A DNA stretch of 64,000 nucleotides, from contig CAVRXZ010000032.1 in NCBI GenBank assembly GCA_963725105.1, positions 2,071 through 66,070 of the forward strand, given 5' to 3'. The DNA comes from an uncultured Acidobacteriota bacterium. GTDB taxonomy: Bacteria; Acidobacteriota; Vicinamibacteria; Vicinamibacterales; CAVVIG01. Each line of letters opens with the position of its first letter. Position 1 is the first letter of the stretch. The notes under the pieces were generated by a model. That model ran no database searches. It saw only the letters and a list, made by a program, of their open reading frames with translations, and had not been told where the DNA came from. The translations under genes and the position numbers were made by a program. Shown here piece after piece: positions 59,151 to 64,000 of this stretch.

Positions 59151-59747
59151 ATGGCAAGAACATGGATGGTCAGTCTCGCTGCGGTCTTGGTGGCAGGCCT
59201 CTGGCTGACCACGCCCGCAGCCCAGCAGCCGGCGAACGACGAGCCCAGGTACACGAGCAGCGGCGAACTGCTGCGCCCGAGCAATTATCGCGAATGGGTG
59301 TTCGTCACAAGCGGTCTCGGCATGACGTACGGGCCGGCCGGCCAGGCAGGGCACGCCATGTTCGACAACGTCTTTGTCAACCGCGAGCCCTATCGTCAGT
59401 TCATGACGTCAGGCAAGTGGCCCGAAAAGACGATGTTCATTCTGGAGATTCGGGGAGCCGAAGAGCACGTGTCGATCAACAACGGCGGCCAGACCCAGGG
59501 CGGCGTGATGGCCATCGAGGCGTCGGTCAAGGATTCCGGACGCTTTCCTGACACCAGCTGGGCGTACTTCGATCTCGGATCAAAGCAGATGGCCGCGCCG
59601 CTGCCGACTTCTGCCGTCTGCTATACGTGTCACAAGGCAAATACGGCGGTCGAGTGGACGTTCGTGCAGTTCTATCCGACGTTGTTCGAGGTGGCCAAGC
59701 GGATGGGAACGGTGAAGGCGACCTACGATCCCATGAAAAAGCCCTGA
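59151..59747 (+). CDS. cytochrome P460 family protein
   Basis: Signal peptide, LLRPSNYREWVFV, single CYTCH haem site near C-terminus. Confidence 0.8.
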   Translation: MARTWMVSLAAVLVAGLWLTTPAAQQPANDEPRYTSSGELLRPSNYREWVFVTSGLGMTYGPAGQAGHAMFDNVFVNREPYRQFMTSGKWPEKTMFILEIRGAEEHVSINNGGQTQGGVMAIEASVKDSGRFPDTSWAYFDLGSKQMAAPLPTSAVCYTCHKANTAVEWTFVQFYPTLFEVAKRMGTVKATYDPMKKP

Positions 59748-60406
59748 CCGGACACGCGGGCGAGAAGCTGTTCGTAGTCGGATCTCGTGTCGACGTCGAC
59801 AAACGCACCTTCGTCATCGATCTCGACGTCGCCTGTCGCCGATGCGTGCGCGCGGACGATGACCTTGGCGCCCACAGCCGGATCCGCGCGACGGATCTCG
59901 TCGAAGAGGGAGCGATCGATCAGCACCGGATGACCGTGCTCGGCACCGCGAACAGGCCGCACGACCGGCGCGCGGCACTCCCGATAGCGGCCGACAACAG
60001 CTCGCACAGTATCGGGCGCGAACAGCGGGACGTCCACCAGCGTCACCAGTGCGGCGGCGACCCCGGGCCGATCGATGGCGTTCAGGCCCCTGACAAACGA
60101 AGACAACTGACCCTGCTCGAAATCGGGGTTCTCGACAAATCGCGCTGTCTCTCCGGTCCTCAAGAACGCCTCCATGATGGCCGCCGGGCTGTGGCCCACC
60201 ACGACGACCACATCCTCGACGTCCGCCATGTGAAACGTCCGCACAATACGCGACAGGAACGTGTCATGGTCACCAAGGGGAAGGTTGGCTTTGGGGCGCC
60301 CCATGCGCGAAGACCGTCCAGCGGCGAGCACGAGGGCGGGAATCACGGCAAGATCGTAGCAGGAACAACCTGGGCTAGAATCGGCCGGAATGAGTGACGC
60401 CGCCAT
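59723..60406 (-). CDS. MobA-like NTP transferase domain protein
   Basis: LVLAAGRSSRMGRPKANLPL signature. Confidence 0.8.
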   Translation of the reverse strand: MAASLIPADSSPGCSCYDLAVIPALVLAAGRSSRMGRPKANLPLGDHDTFLSRIVRTFHMADVEDVVVVVGHSPAAIMEAFLRTGETARFVENPDFEQGQLSSFVRGLNAIDRPGVAAALVTLVDVPLFAPDTVRAVVGRYRECRAPVVRPVRGAEHGHPVLIDRSLFDEIRRADPAVGAKVIVRAHASATGDVEIDDEGAFVDVDTRSDYEQLLARVSGQGFFMGS

Positions 60407-60575
60407 TCAGATCCGTTGCCAGCGTTGCGGGACCCAGATGGACATGCGCGATCCGGGCCCGGGGATGGCCTGGACGCCGGATCAGTTTTGGGTATGCCCT
60501 CGTTGCGGTCGTCATTTCTGGTCGACCTATCCCCCGCCGAACCGCGAAAAGGCGAAACCCGCTCCGAGCTCGTAA
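60390..60575 (+). CDS. hypothetical zinc-ribbon protein
   Basis: CQRCG...CPRCG pairs, 61 aa. Confidence 0.5.
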   Translation: MSDAAIQIRCQRCGTQMDMRDPGPGMAWTPDQFWVCPRCGRHFWSTYPPPNREKAKPAPSS

Positions 60576-60953
60576 CCGACCCCTTGCCCTCGTTCGGGAA
60601 TCCTTATGGATTGCTGGTCAGCCGACGAATCCGATCAGGACGACGACGAAGACGACGACTTCGAGGCTGACGACGAGTCAGACGGGGACGAAGACGACGA
60701 CGAAGAGCTCGACGACGAGGACGATGACGAAGAAACATGGCAGGTCCTCGGACGTGGGCCGATTCCGCTAAAGGACAGCTCGTGCTTGACTTCGGGCATT
60801 GAACTGCCTAGACTGGCCCCGGGTTGCCAGCCGAGCTATGGCTGGACCGACTCGGCTGGGACCGCGTCCCGACGGCTTCTTTCCTCGTTAGGCGCCCATC
60901 ACCGGCTGAGTCCCCTTGGGATATCCCTGGGGGTTCGGAACGGAGGTTCGGGT

Positions 60954-61160
60954 ATGCCGACGGGGACAATCGCACGCCTCCTGATCGACAAGGGATTCGG
61001 GTTCATCCGCGACGAAGGCGGGATCGAGCACTTCTTCCACCGCAGCGCCGTGCGAGGCGCCGTGTTCGAGTTACTGCGGGAAGGGCAGCGCGTCGAGTTC
61101 ACGCCTGAAGAATCGCAAAAGGGACCGCGCGCCGGTGATGTCCGCCTGATCGAGGGCTGA
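60954..61160 (+). CDS. cold-shock domain protein
   Basis: GGAGG SD 6 nt upstream; KGFGFIRDEGG...FFH RNP-like motifs; 68 aa. Confidence 0.85.
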   Translation: MPTGTIARLLIDKGFGFIRDEGGIEHFFHRSAVRGAVFELLREGQRVEFTPEESQKGPRAGDVRLIEG

Positions 61161-61183
61161 CCTGCAGGCCAGATTCCTGTCCG

Positions 61184-61876
61184 TCAAGTTTCTAATGCCA
61201 GCGCTCTAAGCACTTCGCGGGTGTCGCCGAGGTTCTCGAGCACCACATCGGCCCCGGCCTGCCGCAGCGCGTCCGCTCCGTAGCCGCCCGTCGCGACGGC
61301 AAGCGATCGGGCGCCGGACGCCGCCGCACACGCCACATCCAGCGGCGTATCCCCGACAACAATTGCTGCCGAAGGCGGCACCACCGGCCCCCCGCACGCT
61401 TCAATCCGTGCGAGCGCATGCGGGAGCAGGCTGTTTCGCTCGGGCGCGTCGTCGCCGAAGGCGCCGCACGGAAAGTAATGCCATAGATCAAAGTACTCGA
61501 GCTTGAGGCGCGCTCCTTCCTCGAAGTTACCGGTCAAGAGCGCTACGTACACATCGTCGCGCTCTGAGAGTGTGGCAAGCAGCGAACGCACGCCCGGCAT
61601 GACACCTTTGCCTGGCCCCGGTTGCCTGAGTTCGGTCTGGAGATGACTGAGATAGGCAGGACGAAACGAGGCAACACCCGCTGAGTGCACCGGAATGCCG
61701 TGAGCTGCGATCGCGTCGGACAGAATCGACGCATCTGTCCGACCCGAAAATGGAATCTTGCTGAACGCGTCAGGGATCGAAAACAGGTCTTCGAACGCCC
61801 GAGCCATCGCCCGGCCGCCGGCGCCGCCGCTCAGCAGAAGCGTGCCGTCGATGTCGAACAGAACGACCTTGGGCAC
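61184..61876 (-). CDS. HAD family hydrolase (phosphoglycolate phosphatase-like)
   Basis: VLFDIDGTLL motif I, LLTGN, VVGDTPLDV. Confidence 0.85.
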   Translation of the reverse strand: MPKVVLFDIDGTLLLSGGAGGRAMARAFEDLFSIPDAFSKIPFSGRTDASILSDAIAAHGIPVHSAGVASFRPAYLSHLQTELRQPGPGKGVMPGVRSLLATLSERDDVYVALLTGNFEEGARLKLEYFDLWHYFPCGAFGDDAPERNSLLPHALARIEACGGPVVPPSAAIVVGDTPLDVACAAASGARSLAVATGGYGADALRQAGADVVLENLGDTREVLRALALET

Positions 61877-61890
61877 CCGGAAGCCGGCCG

Positions 61891-62091
61891 CTAGCCTTCA
61901 GCCCGCACGTTTCCGGCGCGCGGCCCCTTGGCGGAAGGTTCTTCGTCGAATGTGACCCGCTTGCCCTCGGTCAGCTCCTCGAAGCTGCCTTGGACAGAGC
62001 TGCGGTGAAAGAACCACTCCTGGCCCCCATCGTCCCGAATGAATCCGAAACCTCTGTCACGAACGAGTCGCTTGATCGTACCGCTCGGCAT
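61891..62091 (-). CDS. cold-shock domain protein
   Basis: GGAGG SD; RGFGFIRDDGGQEWFFH; 66 aa. Confidence 0.85.
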   Translation of the reverse strand: MPSGTIKRLVRDRGFGFIRDDGGQEWFFHRSSVQGSFEELTEGKRVTFDEEPSAKGPRAGNVRAEG

Positions 62092-62227
62092 CCGAGCCTC
62101 CCCGGGACACGTGCCCCTCGTGGCCTCCTCGCCTATCAATATCCGTTCCAGCTCAACGGCGGTATCTGCTTTCGGTTAAGGCCCGCAGGCAGCTCATCCA
62201 CAAGACGGCACCAACTTGCAGGCCAGG

Positions 62228-62662
62228 CTATTTCGGTACGTTAATCGTAATGGTTGAACAGAGTCCGGGCATGGTGTTGTGGAGGTCGTCGCCAATCTGG
62301 AGCGCGAGTTTGTGCTTCCCGGGCGTGAGCTGAGAGTCGAATTCCGACTTGCCGTCACCAAAGTGGACCCAGGAGGGTGTGCCCTTTACGATGTTTTTCC
62401 CGGGCGCCAGGCACGCCTGGTCGATGCCTACGTGGTAGTGCCCGATTCCCGGCCGCGCGGTCTTTACGTCGCCTTGAGGAACCGGGGCGATTTCGATGCC
62501 CTCACTACCGAACTTCATGTGTACTGGACTAGCGACAGTGGCGCCGTTCTTGGGTTCGACAAAAAACACCCGGGCCTTCTTCTTGCTCTGCGCGCCGGCG
62601 AGCGCCGCCATGCCGGCAACCATGACGAGAACCAGCACCGCGGGCCACCTCGTGATACGCAT
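62228..62662 (-). CDS. DUF4399-like secreted protein
   Basis: Signal peptide MRITRWPAVLVLVMVAGMAALAGA; VFFVEPKNGATV and GIGHYHVGID blocks. Confidence 0.7.
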   Translation of the reverse strand: MRITRWPAVLVLVMVAGMAALAGAQSKKKARVFFVEPKNGATVASPVHMKFGSEGIEIAPVPQGDVKTARPGIGHYHVGIDQACLAPGKNIVKGTPSWVHFGDGKSEFDSQLTPGKHKLALQIGDDLHNTMPGLCSTITINVPK

Positions 62663-62687
62663 ATAGGAAACTCCCTTCGCGCACATT

Positions 62688-63404
62688 TTATCCGAGCCGC
62701 CTTCCAGACCACCAACCCCGTCGCTGCCCGCTCAGTCTGCCGCTGGCTTGCTCGAGCGTCAGCACCTTATCAGCCACTGCCGTCGCAAAGGTGGAGTCCC
62801 CGGTAATGGCAACGAGCGCTCCGCCGCGGTTTCGAACGACGCGCCGCATGTGCTCGCCCAGAGGCGCGACCGATTCACGCGGCACGTCGGCCGTGGAGTG
62901 CTCGAGCACCACCACGGCTGGATCGAGCGCAAGCGCCCTCGCAAAGCGGATTCGTGCGCGCGTTGCCTGATCCAACATGCCCACCGCTTTTCCCCAGTCG
63001 TTTTCATCAAGTCCGGCCTCCCGGGCGAGCTCGGCGACGCGGTGATGGGTGTCTTCGTGCAATGGCTCGATCTCGAGCGTGAAAGGGACGGCGAGATTCT
63101 GCAGCGTCGTCAGCCCCTCGAGCAGGACCGCGCGGTCGCTGACGATGCCGAATCGGTCGACGAGTCGGAGCCATTCGGCGCTGTCCGCCACATCCGCCGT
63201 GGAACGGCCGAACGCCCGCACCTCGCCCCGATCCGGAAGCGCGGCGCCAGTCACGAGATTCACGAACGTCTCCGCCATCGGCTGGTCCATCCCGACGATC
63301 GCGACGCTCTCACCCGGAGCCACGGTCAGGCGCTCGATGCGCAGCGGACGCAGCCCTCGGAAATCCTTGGAGACGTCGGCGAGATCGAGGACAGGGGCAG
63401 TCAC
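62688..63404 (-). CDS. ABC-ATPase-like protein with degenerate catalytic motifs
   Basis: ABC fold is recognisable, but Walker A reads GMDQPMAETF, the signature reads LDQATRAR and Walker B reads VVVLEHS. Confidence 0.7.
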   Translation of the reverse strand: MTAPVLDLADVSKDFRGLRPLRIERLTVAPGESVAIVGMDQPMAETFVNLVTGAALPDRGEVRAFGRSTADVADSAEWLRLVDRFGIVSDRAVLLEGLTTLQNLAVPFTLEIEPLHEDTHHRVAELAREAGLDENDWGKAVGMLDQATRARIRFARALALDPAVVVLEHSTADVPRESVAPLGEHMRRVVRNRGGALVAITGDSTFATAVADKVLTLEQASGRLSGQRRGWWSGRRLG

Positions 63405-63865
63405 GGGCCGATCAGGCTGTTGACTTCGTCAACCACCTGAGCGGAGGTGGTCAATGCGCCGACCTCGATCTTGACGGCGACGAGGTTACACGCGATCGCC
63501 CCATAGGCAATCATCCCGTGTATGACGGCGGGCATGACGCCTGTGTCGACGCTTGCGCCAAGAATGGCTGCCGCCATCGTCACCACCATCGCGACGGTGC
63601 CGATCGAAAAAACCGGCTTGCGGGCCGCCGCGATGCGGCGGTAGTAATCGCCGGTCAGGTTGTGCTCCGCCAGCGCGTCCTTCACCGCTTTACCCTTGCC
63701 GATGAGATAGAACATCATCATCGAGTGGGCCAGCAGGATCACGAGCGTCGACAGGAAGCCGAACGAAATGTGACGGGACACGTCGGTGCCGCGAAGCCCG
63801 AAGACGGTCGCAGCGACGAGTCCGAGCAAGCCGACGCCGATTGCTGAGAGTATGGCTTGAGCCAT
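63401..63865 (-). CDS. small integral membrane protein (4 TM)
   Basis: Hydrophobic segments; stop overlaps the ABC-like start. Confidence 0.6.
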   Translation of the reverse strand: MAQAILSAIGVGLLGLVAATVFGLRGTDVSRHISFGFLSTLVILLAHSMMMFYLIGKGKAVKDALAEHNLTGDYYRRIAAARKPVFSIGTVAMVVTMAAAILGASVDTGVMPAVIHGMIAYGAIACNLVAVKIEVGALTTSAQVVDEVNSLIGP

Positions 63866-64000
63866 TTCTTGCTGCCCTCACCCTTCGTTCTTCATTGGGC
63901 CCAGGCTTTCCGAGCCCGGCTGCCGGCCTCCCGCTCTGCGCTCGACGTCGCGATGGGACGCGGCCGTCACGCGCTCGCACTGGCCGGACTCGGTTATCGC

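Overview
High-GC (roughly 65 percent) bacterial chromosomal window, densely coding on both strands. It holds about 65 protein genes and one tRNA-Ala(GGC). I saw no rRNA, CRISPR, transposase or integrase.

Gene content is a housekeeping/accessory mix:
- aqpZ and katG
- two GT2 glycosyltransferases
- Tad-pilus TadE and TadG/vWA genes
- an M29 aminopeptidase
- a TolC-MFP-RND efflux operon in czcCBA order
- an RRM RNA-binding protein
- a contiguous minus-strand asd-lysC-dapB-dapA-dapD-M20(dapE-like) lysine/DAP operon
- an apbC-DUF3347-M16-M16 operon
- an AddAB-like helicase-nuclease pair
- an S9 peptidase
- an MBL hydrolase flanked by paralogous unknown proteins
- an orphan Dam-type methyltransferase
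- a LigD-polymerase gene plus an ATP-dependent ligase (NHEJ, no Ku seen)
- an adenylating enzyme plus carrier protein
- c-type and P460 cytochromes
- two cold-shock genes

The gene content gives an impression of a soil Acidobacteriota-like organism, but I cannot verify that.

Two window-wide peculiarities stand out.
1. About a dozen conserved genes (including dapA, apbC and katG) are interrupted by single-base frame changes, nearly all behaving as +1 insertions, and one gene has an in-frame TAG. This looks more like consensus error in the assembly than biology. 'Pseudogene' below therefore means only 'frame-disrupted as given'.
2. At least seven gene-boundary sites (six short intergenic spacers plus the 5' end of addA) carry degenerate tandem arrays of 7-9 nt units (AACGACT, TTGGTCAT/ATGACCAA, CCAACTCG, GACCCACC-type nonamers, GCATTCT, GACTGTT). 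They usually abut or overlap stop codons. I know of no described function for them.

Other items worth follow-up:
- a terminator-like attenuator in the asd leader
- a GT2 fused to a RepB-primase-like domain
- a three-member family of unknown exported proteins around an MBL hydrolase
- a secreted helical protein translationally coupled to addB

I did not recognise a defined defence or mobile system.
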